Origin: an uncultured Clostridia bacterium
GTDB lineage: Bacteria; Bacillota; Clostridia; TANB77; CAG-508
Direction: 5' to 3'
NCBI GenBank assembly: GCA_947626605.1
Contig: CANQSV010000003.1
Location: 68,356 to 132,355 of the forward strand
DNA: 64,000 nucleotides
Under the pieces are notes generated by a model, which did no database searches, was not told where the DNA came from, and saw only the letters and a list, made by a program, of their open reading frames with translations. Both the position numbers and the translations under genes were made by a program. Below, piece after piece: positions 1-10,401 of the stretch (position 1 is its first letter; every line of letters starts with the position of its first letter).

Positions 1-436
1 AAGTTCCTGCTATTGACCATATAAGTCCTATTATTACATTCTTCCATTCAGATAAATTAACAGCTTCTATTCCATATATTGCTAAAGCACTTCCAGTTAG
101 TCCTGCCACTAATCCATGTGTTTCACTTGTTGGATTTCCGAAACGTAAAGCCACTAAAGCAAACACTACTACTGTTAATATTGCTATTGTTAGCCCCATC
201 ATTCCAATTATTCCATCATCTAATCTAACCATTGAACTGATGCAATTTGCTACTGATATATTTATAAGACTCATTACAACTATTCCAATAAAATTGAATG
301 TTGCACTGAGTCTTGCTGCTTTTTTAAATTCCATAACTTTTGTTCCTACAAGAGTACAAATTGCATTAGGAGCATCTGTTATTGCATTTGTAAAAATAAG
401 CAAAGTTATAGTTATAATAGAAAAAATATACAGCAT
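1..436 (-). CDS. Inorganic phosphate transporter, PiT (PHO4) family, N-terminal part; gene runs off the window start
   Basis: Minus-strand ORF from ATG at 434-436 with RBS GGAGG (441-445). It reads MLYIFSIITITLLIFTNAITDAPNAICTLVGTK...FGNPTSETHGLVAGLTG. The N-x-x-D-A-P-N-A and G-x-P-x-S-x-T-H motifs are PiT signatures. It is absent from the ORF track because it is truncated by the window edge. Confidence 0.75.
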   Translation of the reverse strand, partial: MLYIFSIITITLLIFTNAITDAPNAICTLVGTKVMEFKKAARLSATFNFIGIVVMSLINISVANCISSMVRLDDGIIGMMGLTIAILTVVVFALVALRFGNPTSETHGLVAGLTGSALAIYGIEAVNLSEWKNVIIGLIWSIAGT

Positions 437-515
437 TTTTCCTCCTTCAACTGATATATATGTATTTATAATAATAGGAATTTTCTCTTTTTGAAAGAAA
501 AAATTCCTACTATCT

Positions 516-570
516 TTTTTATTAAAAGATGATAAGTTTCTAATATTTTCTTATTAGAACTTATCATTCT
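516..570 (-). terminator. Rho-independent terminator downstream of argS
   Basis: Long AT-rich hairpin GATGATAAGTT(T)CTAATA / TATTAGAACTTATCATT, followed on the minus strand by a T-rich run (TTTTAATAAAAAA). Confidence 0.6.
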
Positions 571-621
571 TCTTTTATATATTATACTCTTGATTATTAT
601 AATTATTCCTTTGCTATATTA

Positions 622-2331
622 TTACATTCTTTCTGGCATTTCTATTCCTAATAAATTCATTCCTTCTTTTAAAACATTTCCTACTGCATATGTTAAAAGA
701 AGCCTTGCATCAGTATTTTTCTTGTCTTCAGATATAATTTTGTTAGAATCATAAAAACTACTATAACTTTGTGCAAGATCTATTAAATATCTTGCTAAAA
801 TTGATGTTTCATTCTTATTTGCTGTTGATACTACAATATCACTAAATTGATATAACAATTTTAAAACATTTAATGCTTCTTTATTATTTAATACAGAAAA
901 ATCAACATCTTCTATTTTTGGCATATATCCTGCTTTTTCTAATACACTTTTTGTTCTTACATATATGTATTGAATATATGGACCAGTTTCTCCGTTAAAA
1001 TTAAGCATTATATTCCAATCGAACACTACATCTTTTATTATTGTTGTTGATAAATTATTAAATATAACAGCACCAATACCTATTTTTTTAGCAATTTCCT
1101 CTTTGTTTTCCAAACTTGGATTTTTAGCTTCTATTATTTCTTTTACTTTATCTATAGCCTCATTTAATAAATCTTGTACTTTTATAATTGTTCCTTCTCT
1201 TGTAGACATTTTTCCTGTTGATAATCTAACCATTCCATATGGTATATGAATTAAATTATTGGCTTTTTCTTCTCCTATTCCCAATAGTTTTGCCACTTCA
1301 AAAATTTGTTTAAAGTGTAAATTTTGTTCATATGCTGTTACATATATTGCTTTTGCAAAGTCATATGTTCTTGCCCTATATAGAATTGCTGCTAAATCTC
1401 TTGTAGCATAAATGCTTGCTCCATTTGATTTGCATATTATACAAGGAGGCATTCCTTTATCTTCTAAATCGATTACTTTAGCTCCTTCTGATTCTACTAA
1501 TTTTCCTGTTGCTTCTAATTTTTCTATAACTTCTCCCATTTTATCTATATAGAAAGATTCTCCATTCCAAGAATCAAACTTTGTTCCTAGCATATCATAT
1601 ATCTTATTAAATTCTTTTATACTAACTTCTCTGAATTTTACCCAAAGATTATGACAATACTCATCACCTTCTTCAAGCTTTTTAAAGTTTTCTCTACATC
1701 TCTCTAGAACATTTTCATCTTCTTTGCATAACTCATTTATCCTTACATATATTTTCATAAGTTCTTCTATTGGGTTTGAATCTATATCGTATTCGTCTCC
1801 CCATAATTTATAACCTTCGATTAATTTGCCAAATTGTGTTCCATAATCACCTAAATGATTAATACCAACTGAATGATAACCTATAAAATTATATATATTG
1901 TATAAAGCTTGTCCTATAACTGTAGTACGTAAATGTCCTATATGAAATGGTTTTGCTATGTTTGGTGATGAATAATCTATTACTACATTTCTTCCATTTC
2001 CTATATTAACTTTTCCATATTCTTCTTTTTTATTATTGATTTCTTTTAAAACTTCTTCTATGAGTAGTTGATTATTTATATAAAAGTTCAAATATCCTCC
2101 TGCTACTTCAACTTTTTCTATATAGTCTTTATTTAGCTCTATTTTTTCTTTTATTTCATTTGCAATTACAGGAGGTGCTTTTCTTAATTCTTTTGCCAAT
2201 CTGAAGCATGGGAACGCATAATCTCCCATATTTGAGTTTTTTGGAATTTCGATATAATTTGATAGTTCATCTGGTTCTATATTTATAACTTTTGATATAC
2301 TGTCGGCAATATATTTTTTAAAATTGATCAT
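622..2331 (-). CDS. argS: Arginine--tRNA ligase
   Basis: 569 aa. Class I HIGH-type motif (PFHIGHLRTTVIG), typical ArgRS length, and a C-terminal anticodon-binding DALR-like region. Confidence 0.93.
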   Translation of the reverse strand: MINFKKYIADSISKVINIEPDELSNYIEIPKNSNMGDYAFPCFRLAKELRKAPPVIANEIKEKIELNKDYIEKVEVAGGYLNFYINNQLLIEEVLKEINNKKEEYGKVNIGNGRNVVIDYSSPNIAKPFHIGHLRTTVIGQALYNIYNFIGYHSVGINHLGDYGTQFGKLIEGYKLWGDEYDIDSNPIEELMKIYVRINELCKEDENVLERCRENFKKLEEGDEYCHNLWVKFREVSIKEFNKIYDMLGTKFDSWNGESFYIDKMGEVIEKLEATGKLVESEGAKVIDLEDKGMPPCIICKSNGASIYATRDLAAILYRARTYDFAKAIYVTAYEQNLHFKQIFEVAKLLGIGEEKANNLIHIPYGMVRLSTGKMSTREGTIIKVQDLLNEAIDKVKEIIEAKNPSLENKEEIAKKIGIGAVIFNNLSTTIIKDVVFDWNIMLNFNGETGPYIQYIYVRTKSVLEKAGYMPKIEDVDFSVLNNKEALNVLKLLYQFSDIVVSTANKNETSILARYLIDLAQSYSSFYDSNKIISEDKKNTDARLLLTYAVGNVLKEGMNLLGIEMPERM

Positions 2332-2398
2332 AAATCTCCTCCTTGTTTATATTAGTATTTGTTTGTAAATTATACTACAAAATTAATGTATGTGCAAG

Positions 2399-2440
2399 GT
2401 AAAAGAGAACGGAACTAAGATTAGTTCCGTTCTCTTTTCT
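2399..2440 (-). terminator. Rho-independent terminator after the 2453-3160 gene
   Basis: Hairpin AAGAGAACGGAACTA-aga-TTAGTTCCGTTCTCTT with a flanking T/A run. Confidence 0.7.
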
Positions 2441-2452
2441 TTACATTGCATT

Positions 2453-3160
2453 TTAGATGTGAATCTCTGCAAAACTTAATACAAAACTTACAACTTCATA
2501 TAATGCTACTATTAGTATGTATTTTTTTATAAATTGTTTATCTTCGTTCTCATTAAATAATTTTTTAAATCCAAAGTATAGTAATACAATAGTTAGTGTA
2601 GATAATATGCTTGCAATTGGACTTGTTAATTTGCTTATATCTGAAGAAATTAGAGTTAAAAGACTAATTATTCTACCTGCAATAACTGGTAAATATGCTA
2701 TTGTTACAACAGATATTACTTCTGGCAATTGTTTTTTATTGTTTTTGTTTAATACATATGCTATTACTGAATATACAATAATTATTAATATAGGTGATAT
2801 AATTGAGAATATAGTTGATTTTTCAAAAATAAAATTTTTAAACAAATATCCTAAATCTTTATCCCACTTACTTATAAATTTTATTCCACTTACTAAACTT
2901 TTTAATAATACAGTTGCTGCCCAAACAATTATTAAAAATAAAGATGTTTTGAAGAACTTATTTTCTCTATCCTCTGCTACTCTTTCAACTGTTCCTATTG
3001 GATCTTTCCACATCTCCATTACAGCTCCTTTTGCAGCCATAGTTTCTTCTTTAAAGTTGACATTTTTCATTGTTTCTTTTACTTGCTTTGCAGTATTAAC
3101 TGTTTGTTGTTTTAATTCATCTGCATTAACAGATTTTTCTTGGTTATTATTCTCTTCCAT
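2453..3160 (-). CDS. Hypothetical polytopic membrane protein (Yip1-like topology)
   Basis: 235 aa with RBS AAGGAG upstream of the ATG. Soluble charged N-terminus followed by about 5 hydrophobic segments. The family assignment is only tentative. Confidence 0.6.
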   Translation of the reverse strand: MEENNNQEKSVNADELKQQTVNTAKQVKETMKNVNFKEETMAAKGAVMEMWKDPIGTVERVAEDRENKFFKTSLFLIIVWAATVLLKSLVSGIKFISKWDKDLGYLFKNFIFEKSTIFSIISPILIIIVYSVIAYVLNKNNKKQLPEVISVVTIAYLPVIAGRIISLLTLISSDISKLTSPIASILSTLTIVLLYFGFKKLFNENEDKQFIKKYILIVALYEVVSFVLSFAEIHI

Positions 3161-3255
3161 TTTTCTTTCTCCTTTTTATTTGTTTTTATATATTATATAT
3201 ATTAATTTTATCATAGTCAATAATTAATATTTAATTTATATGCTACTATTTTTAT

Positions 3256-3729
3256 TTAATTACTAGTTGACTTTTCTTCTAAAAACATTTTTCTTGTAAT
3301 AAAATTAAATACCATTACCACAGCTGTTGCAAAAATTTTAGCTAACATATAATGTATACCTATTTTTTCTGATAATCCCCAAACCATTAAGTCATTTAAC
3401 ATTAATCCTAACACACTAAAAAATATAAATAATATAAAACTTTTTTTCTTATCATTATTTTCACTTACATCAAATACCCATTTTGTACTTGCTATATAAT
3501 TATATATTAGTGAAATTATAAATGATAGAGTGTTTGCTAATACTATATTCAAATTTAAAATACTTTTAAAAATGAATAAAAATACAAAATCTATTAGTGT
3601 TGCTATAACTCCTACTATAAAAAACTTGACTATTTGTATTAATAACTTTTTATGCTTTTCTTCTAAATTTAATTTTATTTTATTTAATATTTTATTTATC
3701 AAAACTTCTATTTTATCATTATTCTCCAT
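3256..3729 (-). CDS. GtrA family membrane protein (polyprenol-sugar flippase-like)
   Basis: 157 aa with 4 TM segments. N-terminal FFIVGVIATLIDFVFLFIF and C-terminal NFITRKMF pattern are typical of GtrA-like proteins. Confidence 0.75.
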   Translation of the reverse strand: MENNDKIEVLINKILNKIKLNLEEKHKKLLIQIVKFFIVGVIATLIDFVFLFIFKSILNLNIVLANTLSFIISLIYNYIASTKWVFDVSENNDKKKSFILFIFFSVLGLMLNDLMVWGLSEKIGIHYMLAKIFATAVVMVFNFITRKMFLEEKSTSN

Positions 3730-3800
3730 AAAAAACCTCTTTAAATTTATTAATTAACATTTACTATATTTTTTTATTATTTGTTTCTTTATTTATTGTT

Positions 3801-5945
3801 TTATACTATTATCTCCTTATTTTTCTTGATGTATGGATAAAATACATAAAATTCCATTACAATTATAAAGATGCTTAAAAATAAATATAAAGTTTTAGAA
3901 ATGTATGTTCTTTCTATTTTGTTTTCAACCTTAAATACAATATCTCCATTGTATTTTTCACCATTTACTATTAAATTACCTTCTGGATATATATTAAACT
4001 TAGTTATGTCAGAATAAAGCCTAACTCCAAGTAAACAGTAATCTTCTGAGTTGTTCTCTGCAGATAATTTTATTTTATATTTTGTTTTTCCTCTTGGTTG
4101 AATATATTCAAAATCAAATGTTTTATATTCTCTATTTTTAACAGAATCACTGTAAAACTCCTTCTTTACAAGTTCGTTTCCATTTTCATCTGTTAAAATA
4201 AAATTATATTTATTATTTTTCTTTTTATTATTTTTTGTAAATTTAATTGATACAGAATTAAACTTTTTATCTGCGATAAACTCTTGTTCTATTTCATTAT
4301 TAGCAATATCGTTATATGTATTATAAGAATTTAATTGCATTGCTACTTTATCATATTTTATATTTTTATGTATACAATACTTATCTGCATTAATTACTAA
4401 TAACCCAATAGTACTAATTAATATTGTTATACAAACATATCTAATTGCTTTTTTAAAATCAATTATTGTAGTTTTATCTGCATCTAATTTTATTTGCTTT
4501 ATTTTCAAAACTTGTTCTAATCTTTCAATTCCAATTGAGAATAATAGAATCATTATAGGCATACATGAAAGACTATACCTTCTACCCACTTCCCAAATCA
4601 TATAAAATAAAAAGAATCCAAAAACTGATATGAAAACAAATTTATAGTTTTTTTCTTTTCTTATTTCGTCTAGTATAGCTATTGTAAACATCACATATAA
4701 TATAGCTTTGCAAATTTGCAAATAATATATTAAAAATATTTTTCTATTACCCACTATAAATTCATATAAATCGTTCATTTCTTCTATATCGTAAAATTTA
4801 TTATTGAATTCATAATCTCCATTAGACCAATTAACTTCTAATTTCTTTTTTTGTAATTCAAATAATCTGGACAATCCCATATTTTTTATTCTCAATATTG
4901 TCCTTTTTACATTTTTTCCAATCTTCTTTTCATAATTACCTGCATTAAAAGTATAGTTATAATCATCATTATTAAATCTGCCATCCGTTTTCTCGTTTAC
5001 TGACATCATTATCCAGTGAGTAGGAGGAAATTCAAGATCTTTATTTTTTACAGTTTCAAAATTTTTGGCTATTATCTTATAGCTCAGCAATCCACATAAA
5101 AATCCTAATAACATACATATAAAAATTATTATTCTACTTTTGACTTCTTTTTTTTGAAAAAATAATGCTAAAATAATACCTATAAAAACTATTCCAACAA
5201 CGACTCTTATTTTAAAACCAAAAGCTAAAACTAAACCAGCTATAACAGACAAAATAACTTTATTTTTAATATTACTACTTTCATTTGCACAAATAAATAA
5301 GTAAATAGAAATTATTGCAAAAGGCATACATAAAGTATCTGTATAGTAATATGATGCATATAGATAAAATATTGGATTCATCACAAAGAAAATTAAGGTT
5401 AATAAACCAAACTTATCTCCCTTTAATTTTTTTGATATCATAAATACAAAAAAGGCTGTTACTGCTATAAACATTGAATTTATTATTATCATTAAATTAG
5501 GAATGTTTAAAATGCTCCCTATTTTATTTATATAAAATACTAATAACATTAGCGGTATTTGATTTGCATATTTAGCAAAATATTCTTTAGTTTCTATATG
5601 CCCACCATTTTTTAGCATTAAATCTGCTTCACCTATTATTTGATCTAAATCGAAGTATGGCATTGATTTAAAATTCATACCAAATATAGTCATTGCACCA
5701 AAAAACAAAATACAAATTATTATTGCCATTGTAATTGTTTGTTTTTTTGTTAAAGTATTTATTTTTTTATTTATTTTAATAAAAAACATAGACATTACAA
5801 TAATTCCAATAATTATTACAAATGGTTGTAATATTTCCGTTGCATTATATATTTTATAAATAGAACAATATGTTACATATAACATCAATACTAATAAAAT
5901 AATTAGTATTGTTTTATATGATATTTTTTTAATTTTTTCTAACAT
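3801..5945 (-). CDS. Polytopic GT-C-type membrane glycosyltransferase (ArnT/PMT, GT39-like) with a C-terminal extracytoplasmic beta-rich domain
   Basis: Start moved to ATG 5945 (RBS GGAGG at 5950-5954). More than 10 TM segments in the N-terminal 500 aa, then a ~190 aa soluble region and a final TM anchor. Family assigned by topology and context next to GtrA. Confidence 0.55.
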   Translation of the reverse strand: MLEKIKKISYKTILIILLVLMLYVTYCSIYKIYNATEILQPFVIIIGIIVMSMFFIKINKKINTLTKKQTITMAIIICILFFGAMTIFGMNFKSMPYFDLDQIIGEADLMLKNGGHIETKEYFAKYANQIPLMLLVFYINKIGSILNIPNLMIIINSMFIAVTAFFVFMISKKLKGDKFGLLTLIFFVMNPIFYLYASYYYTDTLCMPFAIISIYLFICANESSNIKNKVILSVIAGLVLAFGFKIRVVVGIVFIGIILALFFQKKEVKSRIIIFICMLLGFLCGLLSYKIIAKNFETVKNKDLEFPPTHWIMMSVNEKTDGRFNNDDYNYTFNAGNYEKKIGKNVKRTILRIKNMGLSRLFELQKKKLEVNWSNGDYEFNNKFYDIEEMNDLYEFIVGNRKIFLIYYLQICKAILYVMFTIAILDEIRKEKNYKFVFISVFGFFLFYMIWEVGRRYSLSCMPIMILLFSIGIERLEQVLKIKQIKLDADKTTIIDFKKAIRYVCITILISTIGLLVINADKYCIHKNIKYDKVAMQLNSYNTYNDIANNEIEQEFIADKKFNSVSIKFTKNNKKKNNKYNFILTDENGNELVKKEFYSDSVKNREYKTFDFEYIQPRGKTKYKIKLSAENNSEDYCLLGVRLYSDITKFNIYPEGNLIVNGEKYNGDIVFKVENKIERTYISKTLYLFLSIFIIVMEFYVFYPYIKKNKEIIV

Positions 5946-5976
5946 TTTTCCTCCGATTATTGTATCATCCAAATGC

Positions 5977-7098
5977 TTAGCGTATTTGAGTGTTTTTTAT
6001 AATTGAATTACTTATCTCTTTTACTTGTTTTGTTGGTTCATAATCCTCTTGATTAAAAAGTTCTTTGTGCAAATCTTTAACATTTTTTTCTAAATTAACA
6101 GGTACTCCATACCATCTATCTAAAGTTATACCTTTAACTTCGTATGGCCATCCTATACTTGTTGTAACATCACATGAAATTGCTTTTGGTATTAATTTAG
6201 TAATCTCTTTTGAAGATACATTAGTTTCTACATTTTCGCATAGAGTATCTACCATTTCGTTTAGTTTTATTACATTTGTTTTTTTAGCTTTATTTAACGT
6301 TTCTTTAAGAACTGTTCTCATTCTCTCGGTTCTTTTATAATCTCCTCCTGTTGTTTTTCTTATTCTTGCATATGTTACTGCTTGTACACCATCTAAATGT
6401 TGTAGACCAGGTGACGTAATATTAGTAGACTTCATTCCTATATTTTTTGAAGTATCTTTTATATATTTGTTCATTTGAGAAATTTCATAATCTTCTATAT
6501 TTATGTCTATTCCACCTAAAGAATTTACTATATTTGCTACACTTGCAAAGTTAACAGTTGCATATTCTTTAATATTTAAGTCTAAATTTTCATTTAAGAC
6601 TTTTATAGCTAATTCTGGACCTCCATATGCATATGCATGAGTTATTTTATCTAAGCCATGTTCGTCATCTATCTTTACATATGTATCTCTATAAACAGAA
6701 ACTAATTTTACTTCTGATGTTTTTTGGTTGATACTTACTATTATTATTGCATCACTTCTAGAACCTTTATTATTAGCAATATCTCTAGTATCTACTCCAA
6801 ATAATACAATGTTTCTAAAACTATCTAATTCGCTATCTACTTCATTACTAATTCCTAAATTAGCAATATTAATTTCTTTATAATTAATTTTATCAAATTT
6901 ATCTCTTACTAATGCAATTACTATTCCCATTGAAATTACTAGAAGTATTATAAATATAATTAATATATTCCTAATAAATCTAAGAAGTTTCATAAAAGGA
7001 CTTCTTTTTTTCTTCTTTCTATTTTCTTTCTTATTTTTGGAAACAGTTCTTTCATTTTTTATATTATAATTTTGATTTTTCATTCGTGTATTCTCCAT
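5977..7098 (-). CDS. LytR-CpsA-Psr (LCP) family cell-wall glycopolymer ligase
   Basis: 373 aa. N-terminal basic tail plus a single TM, then LCP core motifs (RSDAIIIVSINQKTSEVKLVSVYRDTYV). Confidence 0.88.
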   Translation of the reverse strand: MENTRMKNQNYNIKNERTVSKNKKENRKKKKRSPFMKLLRFIRNILIIFIILLVISMGIVIALVRDKFDKINYKEINIANLGISNEVDSELDSFRNIVLFGVDTRDIANNKGSRSDAIIIVSINQKTSEVKLVSVYRDTYVKIDDEHGLDKITHAYAYGGPELAIKVLNENLDLNIKEYATVNFASVANIVNSLGGIDINIEDYEISQMNKYIKDTSKNIGMKSTNITSPGLQHLDGVQAVTYARIRKTTGGDYKRTERMRTVLKETLNKAKKTNVIKLNEMVDTLCENVETNVSSKEITKLIPKAISCDVTTSIGWPYEVKGITLDRWYGVPVNLEKNVKDLHKELFNQEDYEPTKQVKEISNSIIKNTQIR

Positions 7099-7121
7099 AT
7101 ATACCCTCTTTATTAAAAATT

Positions 7122-7850
7122 TTATAAAGTATTATTATAATATTCTATTGCCTCATCAATGCTAGCATCTAGTTCAACTTTACCTTTTTTCATTACTATC
7201 CCTCTAGTACAGAATTCTTTTGCTACGCCTGTAGCATGAGTTACAAACAATAGCGTCACTTCTTCTTTGTTAACAATTTCGTTAACTTTAGCCGTACATT
7301 TTCTTTTGAAAGCTTCGTCTCCGACACTTAAAGCCTCATCTATTATAAGTATTTCAGGTTTTATGTTTACATTTATTGCAAATCCTAGCCTTGCCTTCAT
7401 ACCACTAGAATATGTTCGTACTGGTTGATCTATATATTCTTCTAATTCTGCAAAATCTATAATACTTTGTTCTAGTTCTTTTATTTCCGAATCTTTTAAA
7501 CCTAATATTTGTCCTTTTAGATATATATTATCTCTTCCTGAAAATTCAGGGTCGAATCCAGATGTTAATTCCAAAAGAGCACTTACCCTTCCTTTAACAT
7601 ATATCTCTCCTTTATTAGGAAAAGAAACACTTGTTATCATTTTTAGTATTGTTGATTTTCCTGCACCATTTTTTCCAAATAAAGCTACTGTTTCTCCTTT
7701 TTTTATTGTAAAACTAACATTGTCAACAGCTTTTTTTTCTTGATATTTAATTTTTTTAAAAATTGCCCCTAGAACCCTTTGCTTATCATTTTTATATAAT
7801 TTATATGTTTTAGTTACATTTTTAAATTGAATAACAATATCTTCTTTCAT
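7122..7850 (-). CDS. tagH: Teichoic acid/polysaccharide export ABC transporter ATP-binding protein
   Basis: 242 aa with Walker A GKNGAGKST, signature YSSGMKARL and Walker B ILIIDEALSVGD. This is the TagH/TarH short-form pattern, in a locus with a tagG-like permease. Confidence 0.85.
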   Translation of the reverse strand: MKEDIVIQFKNVTKTYKLYKNDKQRVLGAIFKKIKYQEKKAVDNVSFTIKKGETVALFGKNGAGKSTILKMITSVSFPNKGEIYVKGRVSALLELTSGFDPEFSGRDNIYLKGQILGLKDSEIKELEQSIIDFAELEEYIDQPVRTYSSGMKARLGFAINVNIKPEILIIDEALSVGDEAFKRKCTAKVNEIVNKEEVTLLFVTHATGVAKEFCTRGIVMKKGKVELDASIDEAIEYYNNTL

Positions 7851-7865
7851 AAATTCTCCTCATTT

Positions 7866-8801
7866 TTATTCTATATTTATCTTTTTTTCAATTATATATT
7901 CTGGTCTTGATTTTCCTTCTTCATATATTCTTGCAATATATTCTGACATTATCCAAATTGATAATAGTTGTATACCAGAGAAAAATGTTACTGTGACCAT
8001 TATTGATGTCCACCCAGCAGTCAAGTTATTTAAGTTAAAAATAAATGAAACAAGTGAATATACTAAAATAGTAAAGGATATTACAATAGATAAAAGTCCT
8101 AATACTCCAACTAATTTTAATGGTTTACTCGAAAAACTGATTATTCCATCAGATGCTAATTTTAACATTTTCTTTAATGGGTATTTTGTTTTTCCAGCAT
8201 ATCTTTCTTTCCTTTCATATTCAAAAGGTATTTGTTTAAACCCAATCCAACTGAATAAACCTCTTAAAAATTTATTGTGTTCTGGCATTTCATTTAAAAC
8301 TTCTACAACTTGTCTATCTACTAATCTAAAATCCCCAGTATCTTTTGGAATTTCAATATCTGACAATCCATTTAATACTTTATAAAACATTTTTGCCGTT
8401 AATAATTTAAAAGCAGACTCTCCTTTTCTTTTTTTACGCTTTGCATATACAACTTTATTGCCTTCTTCCCATAGTTTGATCATATCTTTTATTAATTCTG
8501 GAGGGTCTTGCATATCTGCATCAATAATAACAATTGCGTCACCTGTTACATATTTAAGACCAGCTGTAACTGCAGCTTGATGTCCAAAGTTTCTTGAAAA
8601 AGATAATACTTTTACATCTTTGTCATTTTCACTTATTTCTTCTAAAATTTCAAGAGTTTTATCTTTACTTCCATCATTAACAAAAATTATTTCTGATTCA
8701 TAGTTTTCTATGCTATCTAAAACCTCTTTTACTCTTTTATAACATTCATTTGCTACTTCTTCTTCAAAATACATTGGTATTACTACAGATATTTTTTTCA
8801 T
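7866..8801 (-). CDS. GT2 family glycosyltransferase, GtrB/CsbB-like polyprenol-phosphate sugar synthase
   Basis: 311 aa. N-terminal GT-A domain (VVIPMYFEE...DGSKD...DADMQDPP) plus two C-terminal TM helices, the hallmark of GtrB-type enzymes. Its start overlaps the upstream stop (ATGA). Confidence 0.85.
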   Translation of the reverse strand: MKKISVVIPMYFEEEVANECYKRVKEVLDSIENYESEIIFVNDGSKDKTLEILEEISENDKDVKVLSFSRNFGHQAAVTAGLKYVTGDAIVIIDADMQDPPELIKDMIKLWEEGNKVVYAKRKKRKGESAFKLLTAKMFYKVLNGLSDIEIPKDTGDFRLVDRQVVEVLNEMPEHNKFLRGLFSWIGFKQIPFEYERKERYAGKTKYPLKKMLKLASDGIISFSSKPLKLVGVLGLLSIVISFTILVYSLVSFIFNLNNLTAGWTSIMVTVTFFSGIQLLSIWIMSEYIARIYEEGKSRPEYIIEKKINIE

Positions 8802-10375
8802 TTCTTTACTCCTTCTTTATTTTCTGCGCTATTTTTATGCATTATTTTATCTATTACAACAGAATATCCTATAATTGCATATGGTATTAATAATATAAAA
8901 TATGTAATTGTATATTGACATTTTGCCTCCCATAATATATGAAAGAAAAATCCTCCAATAAACACTATTGCTAGAGTTAATTGTTTGAACTCTATATTTT
9001 TAAAATCCATCACTATATATAGTAGACTTCCAAATAATATTATAGTTTGCATAATATCCATATACTCTAATAATGCATTATATAGCATTCCTTTTTCATT
9101 TATAATATCTTCAAATATTTTTGGTGTACTCTCTATACTAATTCTATGCTGAGCTATCCAAAAGCACTGGAACGTTGGTTCTGCCCATTGTGAAACTATC
9201 TTTTCTGTAATTTGCTTTCTAAATCTATGTAAATCATTTAAATATTCGTTTAAAGTTTTCTTTAAATCTTCTTTTACTTTATTATTTGTTTTTTCGTAAT
9301 CATAATCATTCTGCATAAAAACTATTATATTATATCCATTAAACCAACCTGATGTAAATTTGTTTCCTCCTTCTTGTAATCCCATTTCTATATATGCCAA
9401 TTTTGGAGTACCTTTATTTAATTCTTGGTGCGTAATATTTTCTATTGTTATTTCAACTAATTTATTACCTAATAGATAACATATTATCAAAAAAACTGAA
9501 AATAACAATAATTTATATTTATTTTTAACTATAGCTTCATATATTAATATTAGAAACATTGCAATTAGTGTTATTAAATAATTTAATTTAATAATAACTG
9601 CTAATGTTATACTTATAAAACTAATTATAAGATTTGAAATTTTTTCATCTTGCAAAAATTTCAGTTCATAATAAATTCCTACTACAGAAAACATTAATCC
9701 TAAGATATTGCCATAAATAAATGTTGTATAAAATGCCATCTGAATATATGCAAATAGACTTATTACAATAATTAACATACTACTTTTACTTTTTTCTTTG
9801 AATATTACCTGACAAATCTTATATATATAATAGTAAGATATTATCAAACAAATAATATTTAGGAACTGTATTGCTATGAAGTTGTTTCCACCAAAAAACA
9901 TTTCAAGTGCACCAAATAATAATACTATTCCAGATTGATGTGGCATAATATACATATATGCCCCCTTTTCAAAGTCTGAATAAATTCCTTGAGAGATATT
10001 AAATACGATATTTATAATTTCTTCTTGATCAGCTCTAGGGAACATCAACGTAAGAGATATCCATGAAATTGTAAATGTTATCCAAATTAATGCTACAACT
10101 TTCAATATTCTTTTAAGTATTCTGTATGAAGATTCTACTTTTTTCTTATCTAATTTTAATTTAATAATAGATATAATTTTGCATATAATTATGGAAAACA
10201 CAATTACTAAAATATTCTTTAAAATGTTGTCTTTATTATATAATGTTTTTTCATATGCACCTATAACACTACAGGTAGTAGATATTACACATATAAATAG
10301 AAATATAATAACAAATAAAAATATTATTTTTATTATGTTAGTTATTATACTGTCTATTTTATTTCTAACATTCAT
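8798..10375 (-). CDS. Large polytopic membrane protein, putative GT-C-type glycosyltransferase partner of the GtrB-like enzyme
   Basis: 525 aa with 12 or more hydrophobic segments and a ~100 aa soluble loop. Translationally coupled to the GT2 gene. Function is inferred from context only. Confidence 0.4.
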   Translation of the reverse strand: MNVRNKIDSIITNIIKIIFLFVIIFLFICVISTTCSVIGAYEKTLYNKDNILKNILVIVFSIIICKIISIIKLKLDKKKVESSYRILKRILKVVALIWITFTISWISLTLMFPRADQEEIINIVFNISQGIYSDFEKGAYMYIMPHQSGIVLLFGALEMFFGGNNFIAIQFLNIICLIISYYYIYKICQVIFKEKSKSSMLIIVISLFAYIQMAFYTTFIYGNILGLMFSVVGIYYELKFLQDEKISNLIISFISITLAVIIKLNYLITLIAMFLILIYEAIVKNKYKLLLFSVFLIICYLLGNKLVEITIENITHQELNKGTPKLAYIEMGLQEGGNKFTSGWFNGYNIIVFMQNDYDYEKTNNKVKEDLKKTLNEYLNDLHRFRKQITEKIVSQWAEPTFQCFWIAQHRISIESTPKIFEDIINEKGMLYNALLEYMDIMQTIILFGSLLYIVMDFKNIEFKQLTLAIVFIGGFFFHILWEAKCQYTITYFILLIPYAIIGYSVVIDKIMHKNSAENKEGVKK

Positions 10376-10401
10376 TAAATTTTCCTCTTTCGTTTTTTGA
10401 A

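Noticed and set aside
240-494. An 84-aa plus-strand ORF at the window start.
   Set aside because: It is antisense to the clearly recognisable PiT transporter N-terminus, and it spans that gene's RBS and promoter region.
2332-2452. A T-box leader upstream of argS.
   Set aside because: The spacer is only ~120 nt and is mostly occupied by the upstream gene's terminator. No GGUGGUACCGCG-like T-box motif is present.
2517-3227. A 236-aa plus-strand ORF fully antisense to the 2453-3160 gene.
   Set aside because: The translation is low-complexity (I/F/S/L/N-rich) with no RBS. The minus-strand partner has an AAGGAG RBS, a sensible soluble N-terminus plus TM segments, and a terminator. Long antisense ORFs are expected by chance opposite AT-rich coding sequence.
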